A stretch of 64,000 bases of DNA, taken from contig JBKBWK010000013.1 in the NCBI GenBank assembly GCA_046313895.1, positions 2,359-66,358 on the forward strand. The letters are read 5' to 3'. The translations under genes were made by a program, and so were the position numbers. This stretch comes from Paracoccaceae bacterium. Its GTDB lineage: Bacteria; Pseudomonadota; Alphaproteobacteria; Rhodobacterales; Rhodobacteraceae. This document shows positions 37,430 through 47,138 of the stretch, one piece after another (the first letter of the stretch is position 1; every line of letters begins with the position of its first letter). The notes beneath the pieces were generated by a model that saw only the letters and a program-made list of their open reading frames with translations, was not told the origin of the DNA and ran no database searches.

Positions 37430-38941
37430 TTACCCGACAGAACCTTCCAACGAAATCGCCACGAGCGCCTGCGCCTCCATGGCAAACTCCATCGGCAAGG
37501 CTTGCAGCACTTCCTTGCAGAACCCGTTTACAACCAGCGCCACAGCTTCCTCTTCATCCATCCCGCGTGAGCGGCAATAGAACAATTGATCTTCATCCAC
37601 CTTCGAGGTGGTGGCCTCATGCTCCACCCGGCTCGAATTGTTCTTGACCTCGATATAGGGCACCGTATGCGCGCCGCATTTGTCGCCGATCAGCAGGCTG
37701 TCGCACTGGGTGTAGTTGCGGCTGTCGGTGGCCTTCGGATGCATCGACACAAGGCCGCGATAGGTGTTCTGCGCCCTGCCCGCGGAAATCCCTTTTGACA
37801 CGATGCGGCTTTTGGTGCGCTTGCCCAGATGGATCATCTTGGTGCCGGTATCGGCTTGCTGGGCGTTGTTGGCGATGGCGATGGAATAGAACTCGCCCTG
37901 TGAATCGTCGCCCCGCAAGATGCAGGACGGGTATTTCCATGTGATCGCCGACCCGGTTTCAACTTGCGTCCACATCACCTTGGCACGGGCCTCGCGGCAA
38001 TCGGCGCGCTTGGTGACAAAATTGTAAATGCCGCCTACGCCATTCTCGTCGCCCGGATACCAGTTCTGCACGGTCGAATATTTGACCTCGGCATCTTCCA
38101 GGATCACGATTTCGACCACCGCAGCATGCAGTTGGTTGGTATCGCGCTTGGGTGCGGTGCACCCTTCAAGGTAGGACACATAAGCCCCCTTGTCGCAGAT
38201 GATCAGCGTGCGTTCGAACTGCCCGGTGTTTTCCGCGTTGATCCGGAAATAGGTCGAAAGCTCCATCGGGCAGCGGGTGCCGGGCGGGATATAGACGAAT
38301 GATCCGTCGGAAAACACGGCCGAGTTCAGCGTGGCAAAGAAGTTGTCCGACTGCGGCACCACCGACCCCAGATACTTCTTTACAAGCTCGGGATGTTCGC
38401 GCACCGCTTCCGAGATCGAACAGAAGATCACGCCTGCCTTTGCCAGCTCGGCCTTGAACGTGGTCCCGACCGAAACCGAGTCGAATACCGCATCCACAGC
38501 CACGCGGCGCTCGCCGCCTTCGGGGGCTTCAACACCAGCGAGAAGCATCTGTTCCTTCAGCGGAATTCCCAGTTTTGCATAGGTTGCCAGCAGCTTGGGG
38601 TCGACGTCATCAAGTGACTTGGGCTTGACGGCCATGCTTTTGGGCGTCGCGTAATAGAATTGATCCTGATAGTCGATTTCAGGGTAGTTGAGCATCGCCC
38701 AACGCGGCTCTGTCATCTTGAGCCAGCGCTGGTATGCCGCCAGCCGCCAGTCCAACATCCACTCGGGTTCGGCATTCTTGGAGCTGATCAGCCGCACAAT
38801 GTCTTCGGACAGGCCCTTGGGCGCATAGTCCATCTCGATGTCGGTTTCCCAGCCGTATTTGTATTTGCCGGACATCGCCTGCACGGTTTCGATCGTGTCG
38901 CGATCCACCCCTTCACGCACTTCCGTCTCTACAACGTCCAT
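37430..38941 (-). CDS. sufB: Fe-S assembly protein SufB
   Basis: [40 protein letters not shown]. Confidence 0.97.
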   Translation of the reverse strand: MDVVETEVREGVDRDTIETVQAMSGKYKYGWETDIEMDYAPKGLSEDIVRLISSKNAEPEWMLDWRLAAYQRWLKMTEPRWAMLNYPEIDYQDQFYYATPKSMAVKPKSLDDVDPKLLATYAKLGIPLKEQMLLAGVEAPEGGERRVAVDAVFDSVSVGTTFKAELAKAGVIFCSISEAVREHPELVKKYLGSVVPQSDNFFATLNSAVFSDGSFVYIPPGTRCPMELSTYFRINAENTGQFERTLIICDKGAYVSYLEGCTAPKRDTNQLHAAVVEIVILEDAEVKYSTVQNWYPGDENGVGGIYNFVTKRADCREARAKVMWTQVETGSAITWKYPSCILRGDDSQGEFYSIAIANNAQQADTGTKMIHLGKRTKSRIVSKGISAGRAQNTYRGLVSMHPKATDSRNYTQCDSLLIGDKCGAHTVPYIEVKNNSSRVEHEATTSKVDEDQLFYCRSRGMDEEEAVALVVNGFCKEVLQALPMEFAMEAQALVAISLEGSVG

Positions 38942-38983
38942 CGGACTTTTCCTTCAATATCCCAGGGTATTGCAACCCGTTGT

Positions 38984-40027
38984 TCACGTTGCGCGCATCC
39001 GCGCTTTGGCATAGGCTGCAGCCCAGATCTCGGCAAAGCGCAACACATCGTCGCGCGTCGTGCCGGGGCCTATCGAGATGCGGATCGCCTGTGCCGCCAA
39101 CCCGTCATCATAACCCATCGCCCGAAGCACCCGGCTTGCCCGCACCTTGCCGCTGGAGCACGCAGAGCCCGCCGAAACCGCATAGCCCGCCAAGTCCATG
39201 GCCATCACCTGAGTCTCGCCTTTCCAGCCCGGCGCGATCAGGCAGATGGTGTTCGGAAGCCGTGAAACCTCTTTCCCGACTGAAATAGTATTGTTTGCAA
39301 GTTCGGACAATGCCGAATCTAGAATATTTCTAATTTCGGCCACCTCGTCCCATACCCCATTGGCCAGATCGCGCGCGGCAGCCTCGGCCGCTGCACCAAA
39401 TCCGGCAATGCCGATCAGATTTTCCGTGCCCGCCCGGCGCCCCATTTCCTGCCCGCCGCCACGCAGTTGCGCCGTGACGTCCAGCCCCCGACGCAGCACC
39501 AGTGCCCCAACCCCCTTGGGACCACCCAGCTTGTGCGCCGACACCAGCCCCATGTCACAGCCCAACCAGTTGAACGCCACCGGGATCTTGCCAAAGGCTT
39601 GTGTCAGGTCTGACAGCGCAAGGCCCTCGGGCAAGGTCTGGATCACCCCGGTTTCGGAGTTGGCCAGTTGCACCGCAGACTCGCGCGGCACACGGGCCTC
39701 GATGCGCCCCGCGGCATCCACCGGCAGCAGCGGATCGCACCACGCGGCCACGGCTTCGTGTTCGACCTCGGCACAGGCCAGATCGCGCCCGGCACAGGCC
39801 AAAGCCGCCGCTTCCGTCGCGCCCGAGGTGAAGATGATATCCGCCCCATCTGCGCCAAGGGCCGAGGCCACCTGCGCCCTTGCCCGTTCGATCAACGCTT
39901 TGGCGGCGCGACCTTCGGCATGAACGCTGGACGGATTGCCCACGACATCCATCGCCGCGAGCATCGCATCCCGTGCCTCGGCGCGCAGGGGCGTGGTTGC
40001 GTTCCAGTCCAGATACAGGCGGGTCAT
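38984..40027 (-). CDS. iscS: Group I (IscS/NifS-like) cysteine desulfurase
   Basis: YLDWNATTP, GNPSSVH, SAHKLGGPKG, SAGSACSS. Confidence 0.88.
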   Translation of the reverse strand: MTRLYLDWNATTPLRAEARDAMLAAMDVVGNPSSVHAEGRAAKALIERARAQVASALGADGADIIFTSGATEAAALACAGRDLACAEVEHEAVAAWCDPLLPVDAAGRIEARVPRESAVQLANSETGVIQTLPEGLALSDLTQAFGKIPVAFNWLGCDMGLVSAHKLGGPKGVGALVLRRGLDVTAQLRGGGQEMGRRAGTENLIGIAGFGAAAEAAARDLANGVWDEVAEIRNILDSALSELANNTISVGKEVSRLPNTICLIAPGWKGETQVMAMDLAGYAVSAGSACSSGKVRASRVLRAMGYDDGLAAQAIRISIGPGTTRDDVLRFAEIWAAAYAKARMRAT

Positions 40028-40497
40028 TCTTCGTCCACCACGCGAAACAGGGCGGGCACCGCCGGGCACGGCTGCATTTCGTTGCGGATCACATCAGACA
40101 ACCGGGTCTGATGCAGAAAGACGTAAACACTTGCGCTCAGGCCTTCCCACAGCCGGTTGGTCAGACTTTGCGCCCGCGTGCCCGACACGCCACCGCTTGC
40201 CCCCGCGCCGGTGTGCAGCGCGTCCACCGTTTCCTCGACCGCCTCCATCACTTCCGAGATGCGGATATCGGATGGCCCGCGCGCCAGTTTGTAGCCGCCC
40301 CCCGGCCCACGCACCGCCTCGACCAGACCGGCACGGCGCAATTTGACAAACAACTGCTCGAGATATGGCAAAGAGATGTCCTGACGCTTGGCAATCGCCG
40401 CCAGCGACACCAACTCATCCGCACCTGGCTTTGCTTCGGTCAGCGCAAGATCGGCCAACGCCACCATCGCATAGCGCCCTTTGGTCGAGAGTTTCAT
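40024..40497 (-). CDS. iscR: Rrf2-family regulator IscR (Rhodobacter type, single Cys)
   Basis: MKLSTKGRYA, SLPYLEQLF, VRGPGGGY; only one Cys (QPCP). Confidence 0.9.
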   Translation of the reverse strand: MKLSTKGRYAMVALADLALTEAKPGADELVSLAAIAKRQDISLPYLEQLFVKLRRAGLVEAVRGPGGGYKLARGPSDIRISEVMEAVEETVDALHTGAGASGGVSGTRAQSLTNRLWEGLSASVYVFLHQTRLSDVIRNEMQPCPAVPALFRVVDEE

Positions 40498-40597
40498 GGT
40501 CAGACCCCTGAATGGCGGAAATACCGCCCGCAAATGCATTGACGCGGAACAATGGGGCCATTACCTGAATTCGACCCTTGGGCTGGCCCACGCCACG

Positions 40598-40614
40598 CTT
40601 AGAACGGTTCTAGA
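40598..40614. promoter_or_regulatory. Irr-type ICE box upstream of iscR-suf
   Basis: CTTAGAA-CGG-TTCTAGA versus ICE consensus TTTAGAA-N3-TTCTAAA (2 mismatches). Confidence 0.65.
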
Positions 40615-40639
40615 TATTCCGAGCGTTCCAGTCAAGAAT
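40607..40639 (-). promoter_or_regulatory. iscR promoter with overlapping IscR-like operator
   Basis: Minus strand TTGACT-N17-TAGAAC. Plus strand CCGAGCGTTCCAGTCAAG resembles the IscR core YYGACT-N5-AGTCRR. Confidence 0.55.
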
Positions 40640-40670
40640 TCGCTCGCGGGAAAGACAGGCAGGAAAACAC

Positions 40671-41330
40671 ATGCCCGAAGTAATCTTCGCAGGCCCCGAA
40701 GGCCGCCTTGAAGGACGCTATCACCCGCAAAAGGACCGGGACGCCCCGATTGCGATCGTGCTGCATCCCCATCCGGCATATGGCGGCACGATGAACAACA
40801 AGGTTGTGTATAATCTGCACTACGCCTTTTACAACCTTGGGTTTACGGTGCTGCGCTTCAACTTCCGCGGTGTCGGGCGCAGCCAGGGGGAATACGATCA
40901 GGGCATCGGCGAATTGTCCGATGCGGCCTCGGCGCTGGATTACCTGCAATCGATGAACCAGAATGCCAAGCACTGCTGGGTTGCCGGGTTCAGCTTTGGT
41001 GCCTGGATCGGCATGCAGCTTCTGATGCGCCGCCCGGAGATCACCGGCTTCATCTCGGTTGCCCCTCCGGCGAACCTGTATGATTTTTCGTTCCTCGCGC
41101 CCTGCCCGTCCTCGGGTCTGATCATCAACGGCACCGCAGACAAGGTGGCGCCGCCCAAGGACACCAAAACGTTGGTGGGAAAACTGCACGAGCAGAAGGG
41201 CATCACCATCACCCATACCGAGATCGAAGGCGCGGACCATTTCTTCAAGGACGAAGAGGCGCATATGAAACCGATGATCGGCACCGTATCGGACTATGTC
41301 CGTCGGCGTCTGGGAGAGGCGAGCCGGTGA
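40671..41330 (+). CDS. Alpha/beta hydrolase
   Basis: LHPHPAYGGTM, RFNFRGVGRS, GFSFG nucleophile elbow, ADHFF. Confidence 0.88.
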   Translation: MPEVIFAGPEGRLEGRYHPQKDRDAPIAIVLHPHPAYGGTMNNKVVYNLHYAFYNLGFTVLRFNFRGVGRSQGEYDQGIGELSDAASALDYLQSMNQNAKHCWVAGFSFGAWIGMQLLMRRPEITGFISVAPPANLYDFSFLAPCPSSGLIINGTADKVAPPKDTKTLVGKLHEQKGITITHTEIEGADHFFKDEEAHMKPMIGTVSDYVRRRLGEASR

Positions 41331-41596
41331 GCGACTTTATCCAGGATCTTGCCGATGGCCTTGCCCGCGACGTGCTGGAAGCGTCGCAGGATCTTGGAGA
41401 TCCGTATTTCTATGAGCAGGTGGCCAAGGTGGTCGGTGCATCTTCGCCCACCTTGCAGGAATCGTTCATGACGTCGATCCGGATACGTCTGGCCGAACAG
41501 CGCGGACGCGCGTTTCTGGACAAGGCCATTGCCGCCAAGCGTGACGGGGCCAAACTGCCGGAAGCCCCGCGCGAGGCGGAAAAAGGCGGCCACTGA
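41327..41596 (+). CDS. Small hypothetical protein (89 aa)
   Basis: GTGA overlap with the upstream gene; KVVGASSPTLQESF. Confidence 0.7.
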   Translation: MSDFIQDLADGLARDVLEASQDLGDPYFYEQVAKVVGASSPTLQESFMTSIRIRLAEQRGRAFLDKAIAAKRDGAKLPEAPREAEKGGH

Positions 41597-41597
41597 G

Positions 41598-42188
41598 GTG
41601 GACAGCACGGCCCGACTTGAGGCGCAGTTCTCCTTTCTGAACGAGGCTGACCGGCTGAAAACGGTGCTGCGCGCGACCACACTTGTCGATGGGTCGCGGC
41701 CCGAAAACTCTGGCGAACATTCCTGGCACCTTGCGCTTTACGCGCTGGTTCTTTCCGATCAGGCGGGTCCAGGTGTCGATATCAACCGGGTGATCCGGAT
41801 GCTGTTGATCCACGATCTGGTCGAGATTGACGTGGGGGACGTGCCGATCCATTCGGCAAACGGTCAGGCGCATGGCTCAGCCGAAACGATGGCATCCGAA
41901 TCCCGTGCCGCAGATCGCATTTTCGGGCTTCTCCCCATAGATTTGGGGGCCGATCTTCGCCTGTTGTGGGAAGAGTTCGAGACCGCCCAGACCCCGGATG
42001 CCATATTTGCCAAAAGCCTTGACCGGGTTCAGCCCGTCATGGCCAACCTGATGTCGGGTGGGGGAACATGGACCACCTACAACGTCACCGCCGAACAGCT
42101 TGAAACCCGTGTCGGGACCAAGATCGCGCGCGGTGCCCCGGCTTTGTGGGATTGGGTCAAATGCAAAACACATGCCTTTTTCGACTAG
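41598..42188 (+). CDS. HD-domain phosphohydrolase (YfbR/HDDC2-like)
   Basis: ENSGEHSW, LIHDLVEIDVGD, WEEFE, AKSLDR; GTG start inferred. Confidence 0.85.
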   Translation: MDSTARLEAQFSFLNEADRLKTVLRATTLVDGSRPENSGEHSWHLALYALVLSDQAGPGVDINRVIRMLLIHDLVEIDVGDVPIHSANGQAHGSAETMASESRAADRIFGLLPIDLGADLRLLWEEFETAQTPDAIFAKSLDRVQPVMANLMSGGGTWTTYNVTAEQLETRVGTKIARGAPALWDWVKCKTHAFFD

Positions 42189-42201
42189 GACATGATATTT
42201 G

Positions 42202-42217
42202 GTATGCAATTGCATAC
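42202..42217. promoter_or_regulatory. Perfect 16-bp palindrome upstream of icd (probable operator)
   Basis: GTATGCAATTGCATAC. Confidence 0.55.
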
Positions 42218-42286
42218 AAAGCTTTCCAACGGCGCTGATTTCCGCTATACGCCCGGCAGACGAATCCATTTCCGAAAGGGCTGAGT

Positions 42287-43501
42287 ATGACCAAAATCAA
42301 GGTGGCAAACCCTGTCGTCGAACTTGACGGCGACGAGATGACCCGGATCATCTGGGACTTCATCAAGAAAAAACTGATCCTGCCCTATCTCGACATTGAT
42401 TTGAAATATTACGATCTGGGTATCGAAGAGCGCGATCGCACCAACGACCAGATCACCATCGACTCGGCCGAAGCGATCAAGACATACGGCGTTGGCGTCA
42501 AATGCGCGACCATCACCCCCGATGAGGCGCGGGTCGAGGAGTTCGGCCTGAAACAGATGTGGAAATCGCCCAACGGCACCATCCGCAACATCCTTGGCGG
42601 CGTGATCTTCCGCGAGCCGATCATCTGCAAGAACGTGCCGCGTCTGGTGCCGGGCTGGACCCAGCCCATCGTGATCGGGCGCCACGCCTTTGGCGACCAG
42701 TACCGCGCCACCGACTTCCACTTCCCCGGCGCTGGCAAGCTGACGATGAAATTCGTGGGCGAAGATGGCACCGTGATCGAAAAGGACGTCTATTCGGCCC
42801 CCTCGGCCGGGGTTTACATGGGCATGTACAACCTTGACGACAGCATCATCGACTTTGCCCGGTCGTCGATGAACTATGGCTTGCTCAAGGGTTGGCCGGT
42901 GTATCTGTCCACCAAGAACACGATCCTGAAAGCCTATGACGGACGCTTCAAGGATCTGTTCGCCAAGGTCTATGCCGAAGAATTCGAAGACAAGTTCAAA
43001 GCCGCCGGCATCCATTACGAACACCGCCTGATTGACGATATGGTGGCATCGGCGATGAAATGGTCGGGCGGTTATGTCTGGGCCTGCAAGAACTATGACG
43101 GTGACGTGCAGTCCGACACCGTGGCGCAAGGTTTTGGATCGCTTGGCCTGATGACCTCGGTGCTGATGACGCCCGATGGCAAGATTGTCGAAGCCGAAGC
43201 CGCGCATGGCACCGTGACGCGCCATTACCGCGAGCACCAGAAGGGCAAGGCCACCTCGACCAACTCGATTGCGTCGATCTTTGCTTGGACCGGTGGCCTG
43301 AAGCACCGCGCCAAACTGGACGACAACGCAGCCCTGATGACCTTTGCCACCACGCTGGAAAAAGTCACCGTGGATGCCGTCGAGGACGGGCATATGACCA
43401 AGGATCTGGCCCTGCTGGTTGGCCCGGACCAAAAATGGCTGACGACGATGGGCTATTTGGAAAAGGTCGACGAATACCTGAACAAGGCCCTGAAAGGCTG
43501 A
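42287..43501 (+). CDS. icd: NADP-dependent isocitrate dehydrogenase
   Basis: [42 protein letters not shown]. Confidence 0.97.
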   Translation: MTKIKVANPVVELDGDEMTRIIWDFIKKKLILPYLDIDLKYYDLGIEERDRTNDQITIDSAEAIKTYGVGVKCATITPDEARVEEFGLKQMWKSPNGTIRNILGGVIFREPIICKNVPRLVPGWTQPIVIGRHAFGDQYRATDFHFPGAGKLTMKFVGEDGTVIEKDVYSAPSAGVYMGMYNLDDSIIDFARSSMNYGLLKGWPVYLSTKNTILKAYDGRFKDLFAKVYAEEFEDKFKAAGIHYEHRLIDDMVASAMKWSGGYVWACKNYDGDVQSDTVAQGFGSLGLMTSVLMTPDGKIVEAEAAHGTVTRHYREHQKGKATSTNSIASIFAWTGGLKHRAKLDDNAALMTFATTLEKVTVDAVEDGHMTKDLALLVGPDQKWLTTMGYLEKVDEYLNKALKG

Positions 43502-43526
43502 CGTCCTTTTTGATTGCAAACAGAAT

Positions 43527-43553
43527 GGTCCGGGACATTGTCCCGGACCTTTT
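43527..43553 (+). terminator. Inverted repeat with T-tract after icd
   Basis: GGTCCGGGAC-ATT-GTCCCGGACC followed by TTTT. Confidence 0.75.
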
Positions 43554-43555
43554 CG

Positions 43556-44386
43556 TTACGGCGTCGGTGTGAAGATGTGGTCGTTGGGTCCGATCCGCAC
43601 CGATGTATAACCCATCCCGCCCAGCATCTGCGCCGTGGCTGGAAATGCGTTGTCGCGTTCCAGCAACTCGACCCAGATCGCCGGCTTGAATGTCTCGATC
43701 ACCCGCCTTGCACCGGCAAGCACACCCAACTGCATGCCTTCGACATCGATCTTGATGAAGCCAAGGCCCTGAAGCTCGTCTGCTTCGATCAGATCGTCCA
43801 GTGCCACCATTGGAATGGCCCCTTGTGCGGCCGGGGCAAAGGCGGTGCTGCCCAGATTGCGGGCATTGAACCGCGTCACCTCTCCCCGCCCCGAAGTGGG
43901 GCCGACCATGCAGTTATAGGCCAACGCATCCCCCAGAGTGTTCAGATCCAGATTGCGGCACAACGTGGCATAGCAATGCGGTTGCGGCTCGAAGCAGACC
44001 ACCCGCTTTGCGCCAAGGATCTTGCCGAAATATACCGAATGATTGCCAATATTGGCGCCGATATCACAAACCGCGACTTCGGGACCGATCAGCCCCATCG
44101 CCCGGACGTTTGCCAACAGCCTTGCCTCATAAAACGTCCGGGTGCGCAGGATCACGCGCTGCACATAGTCGTCCTGCGCATCCGGCAAGGACAGGGCCAC
44201 ATCGGTCACTCCGGCGTGAAATCGCAGGATATGGCCATCCTCGAGCAGTGCGACCCGTTGCAGATGCACGGATTCGTCCATCAGCTTGATCATCTGATCC
44301 AGCTTCCCCGACAGCGCCGAGATCTGGTCAGAGCCATCGGCTGACTCAGCGGGCCCGACGACCCCCAACACGCGTTTTGCCTGCAT
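43556..44386 (-). CDS. FkbM-family methyltransferase
   Basis: DIGANIGNHS, FEP, FIKIDVEG, PAIWVE. Confidence 0.88.
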   Translation of the reverse strand: MQAKRVLGVVGPAESADGSDQISALSGKLDQMIKLMDESVHLQRVALLEDGHILRFHAGVTDVALSLPDAQDDYVQRVILRTRTFYEARLLANVRAMGLIGPEVAVCDIGANIGNHSVYFGKILGAKRVVCFEPQPHCYATLCRNLDLNTLGDALAYNCMVGPTSGRGEVTRFNARNLGSTAFAPAAQGAIPMVALDDLIEADELQGLGFIKIDVEGMQLGVLAGARRVIETFKPAIWVELLERDNAFPATAQMLGGMGYTSVRIGPNDHIFTPTP

Positions 44387-44508
44387 TTTTGCCTCTTTGT
44401 GCATTTTTTCCAATCTGACACAGCCACATCATCAAACAAGAGCATCAGGGCCACAGTGCGGCAGGAATGAGACTAGACAGGTCAGCTATACTGTCTTATT
44501 TCGAAAGG

Positions 44509-45111
44509 ATGACCGACGCTGGCAAACACAGCCCGATCGAAGACGCGCAAGGGCTTGGCCTGGGCGTTTTTCTGTGCACGCTGGGCCTGCAATTTCTGAC
44601 TCATGCCGGGCTTATCACCGGGCAGACCGCCGGTATCGCGGTCATCCTGTCCTATGTGACCGGCTGGGGCTTTGGACCTGTGTTTTTTGTGATCAACCTG
44701 CCGTTCTATGTGCTGGCGTGGTTTCGCCTTGGCCCGGCTTTCACCGCCAAGTCCTTGATTTCGGTCACGGCTTTGTCGGTCGGGGTCGAAGTGATGCCAA
44801 TGGGCTTTCAGATCGGACATTTGTCCACACCATTGGCGGCGGTAATCTTTGGCGCGCTGACAGGGCTTGGGCTTCTGGCGATGTTTCGCCACAACGGGTC
44901 TTTGGGCGGGTTGGGGATGCTGGCGCTGTTGGTGCAGGATCGCTTTGGATTTCGCGCCGGATATGTCCAGCTTTGTGCTGATGCGGTGATCTTTGCCGTG
45001 GCTTTCGCCCTGTTTCCGGCCCGTGTCGTGGTCTGGTCCCTGCTGGGTGCCGTGGTGCTCAATCTGATCATCGCCATCAACCATCGCCGCGACCGCTATG
45101 TCGCGACATGA
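44509..45111 (+). CDS. YitT-family membrane protein
   Basis: GLITGQTAG, INLPFY, RHNGSLGG, NHRRDRY; AAGGA RBS. Confidence 0.85.
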   Translation: MTDAGKHSPIEDAQGLGLGVFLCTLGLQFLTHAGLITGQTAGIAVILSYVTGWGFGPVFFVINLPFYVLAWFRLGPAFTAKSLISVTALSVGVEVMPMGFQIGHLSTPLAAVIFGALTGLGLLAMFRHNGSLGGLGMLALLVQDRFGFRAGYVQLCADAVIFAVAFALFPARVVVWSLLGAVVLNLIIAINHRRDRYVAT

Positions 45112-45190
45112 TGGGCACTGGCCAAGCCATGCAAAACCCTGTAAGGGCAGCGCAACAATCATCAGACCCTATTGAAAGTGACCCCTCCCG

Positions 45191-47008
45191 ATGGAGCTTC
45201 GCAACATTGCCATCATCGCGCACGTTGACCATGGCAAAACCACGCTCGTTGACGAGCTTCTGAAACAATCCGGCGCGTTTCGCGACAACCAGGCGGTTGC
45301 CGAGCGCGCGATGGACAGCAATGACATCGAGCGCGAACGTGGGATCACGATTCTGGCGAAGTGCACCTCGCTGGAATGGGCTGGCGCACGGATCAACATC
45401 GTTGACACCCCCGGCCACGCCGATTTCGGCGGAGAGGTGGAGCGTATCCTGTCGATGGTGGATGGCGTGGTGCTGCTGGTCGATGCCGCCGAAGGCCCGA
45501 TGCCGCAGACCAAATTCGTGACATCCAAGGCGCTTGCCCTTGGCCTGCGCCCGATCGTGGTGCTTAACAAGGTGGACAAGCACGACGCCGAACCGTCGCG
45601 CGCGCTGAACGAAGTGTTCGATCTGTTCGCCAACCTTGGTGCGGATGACGATCAGCTTGATTTCCCGGTGCTTTACGCCTCGGGCCGGTCCGGTTGGGCC
45701 GATGTCGAACTGGACGGACCGCGCAAGGATCTTTCCGCGCTGTATGATCTGGTGCTGAAGCATGTCCCGGCACCTGCGCAGATCGCGCGCAGGAACGAGC
45801 CCTTCCAGATGCTGGCCACCACGTTGTCGGCAGATCCGTTTATCGGCCGCATCCTGACCGGCCGGGTCGAGGCGGGAACGCTGCGCGCAGGCGAGACCAT
45901 CAAGGCGCTGTCCCGCGATGGCGATCGGATCGAGCAGTTCCGCGTCTCGAAGGTTCTGGCCTACCGTGGTCTGGTGATGACACCGATTGACGCCGCAGAA
46001 GCGGGCGACATCGTCACGCTGGCCGGCATGACCAAGGCCACGGTGGCCGACACGCTGTGCGCGCTGGAGGTGGACACCGCCCTGCCCGCGCAGCCGATTG
46101 ACCCGCCGACCATCTCGATCACCTTTGGCATCAACGACTCGCCGCTGGCGGGCAAGGAAGGCAGCAAGGTTCAAAGCCGTGTCATCCGCGAACGTCTGAT
46201 GCGCGAAGCCGAAATCAACGTCGCGATCAAGGTGACGGACACCCCCGGCGGCGACGCCTTTGAAGTGGCCGGTCGCGGCGAATTGCAGATGGGTGTGTTG
46301 ATCGAAAACATGCGCCGTGAAGGGTTCGAGCTGTCGATCAGCCGCCCGCGCGTGCTGATGCAAGACATCGACGGTGTGAAATCCGAGCCGATCGAAGAAG
46401 TCACCATCGACGTGGATGACGAATACACCGGCCCGGTGATCGAAAAGCTGACCGGCCCGCGCAAGGGCGATCTGGTCGAGATGAAGCCTGCAGGGGCCGG
46501 CAAGACCCGGATCATCGCGCATGTGCCATCGCGCGGGTTGATCGGCTATCACGGCCAGTTCATGACCGACACGCGCGGCACCGGGGTTCTGAACCGCGTG
46601 TTCCATGGCTGGGCCCCGCACAAGGGCCCGATCGAAGGGCGCCGTCAGGGTGTGCTGATCTCGATGGAATCTGGCGTGTCGGTGGCTTACGCGATGTGGA
46701 AGCTGGAAGATCGTGGCCACTTCTTCATCGGGGTGCAGGAACCGGTCTATACCGGCATGATCATTGGCGAGCACAGCCGCGACAATGACCTTGAAGTGAA
46801 CCCGTTGAAGGGCAAGCAATTGACCAACGTGCGGGCATCGGGCACCGATGAAGCCGTGCGCCTGACCACCCCGGTCAAGCTGAGCCTGGAGCAGTGCATC
46901 GCCTATATCGACGATGATGAACTGGTCGAGGTCACGCCGAAGTCGGTGCGGATGCGCAAACGCCATCTGGACCCGCACGAACGCAAGCGCCAAAGCCGCA
47001 GCGCCTAA
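45191..47008 (+). CDS. typA: Translational GTPase TypA/BipA
   Basis: [37 protein letters not shown]. Confidence 0.97.
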   Translation: MELRNIAIIAHVDHGKTTLVDELLKQSGAFRDNQAVAERAMDSNDIERERGITILAKCTSLEWAGARINIVDTPGHADFGGEVERILSMVDGVVLLVDAAEGPMPQTKFVTSKALALGLRPIVVLNKVDKHDAEPSRALNEVFDLFANLGADDDQLDFPVLYASGRSGWADVELDGPRKDLSALYDLVLKHVPAPAQIARRNEPFQMLATTLSADPFIGRILTGRVEAGTLRAGETIKALSRDGDRIEQFRVSKVLAYRGLVMTPIDAAEAGDIVTLAGMTKATVADTLCALEVDTALPAQPIDPPTISITFGINDSPLAGKEGSKVQSRVIRERLMREAEINVAIKVTDTPGGDAFEVAGRGELQMGVLIENMRREGFELSISRPRVLMQDIDGVKSEPIEEVTIDVDDEYTGPVIEKLTGPRKGDLVEMKPAGAGKTRIIAHVPSRGLIGYHGQFMTDTRGTGVLNRVFHGWAPHKGPIEGRRQGVLISMESGVSVAYAMWKLEDRGHFFIGVQEPVYTGMIIGEHSRDNDLEVNPLKGKQLTNVRASGTDEAVRLTTPVKLSLEQCIAYIDDDELVEVTPKSVRMRKRHLDPHERKRQSRSA

Positions 47009-47057
47009 GACGAGCGGCGCCTTCGGGGGCCGTTTCGCTTGGGTCGAAATGACATTG

Positions 47058-47098
47058 AAAAACCCGCGCAAAGCATTGGCTTTGCGCGGGTATTTTTT
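47058..47098. terminator. Bidirectional terminator between typA and the TRAP permease
   Basis: AAAAACCCGCGCAAAGC-ATTG-GCTTTGCGCGGGT followed by ATTTTTT. Confidence 0.8.
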
Positions 47099-47138
47099 AT
47101 TTCGGGTCATCCGGTTTCCCGCATGGCCCCGGTGTGTT

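Noticed and set aside
44475-44496. Inverted repeat AGACAG-N10-CTGTCT before the YitT gene
   Set aside because: Arms are only 6 bp; it cannot be distinguished from chance without conservation data.
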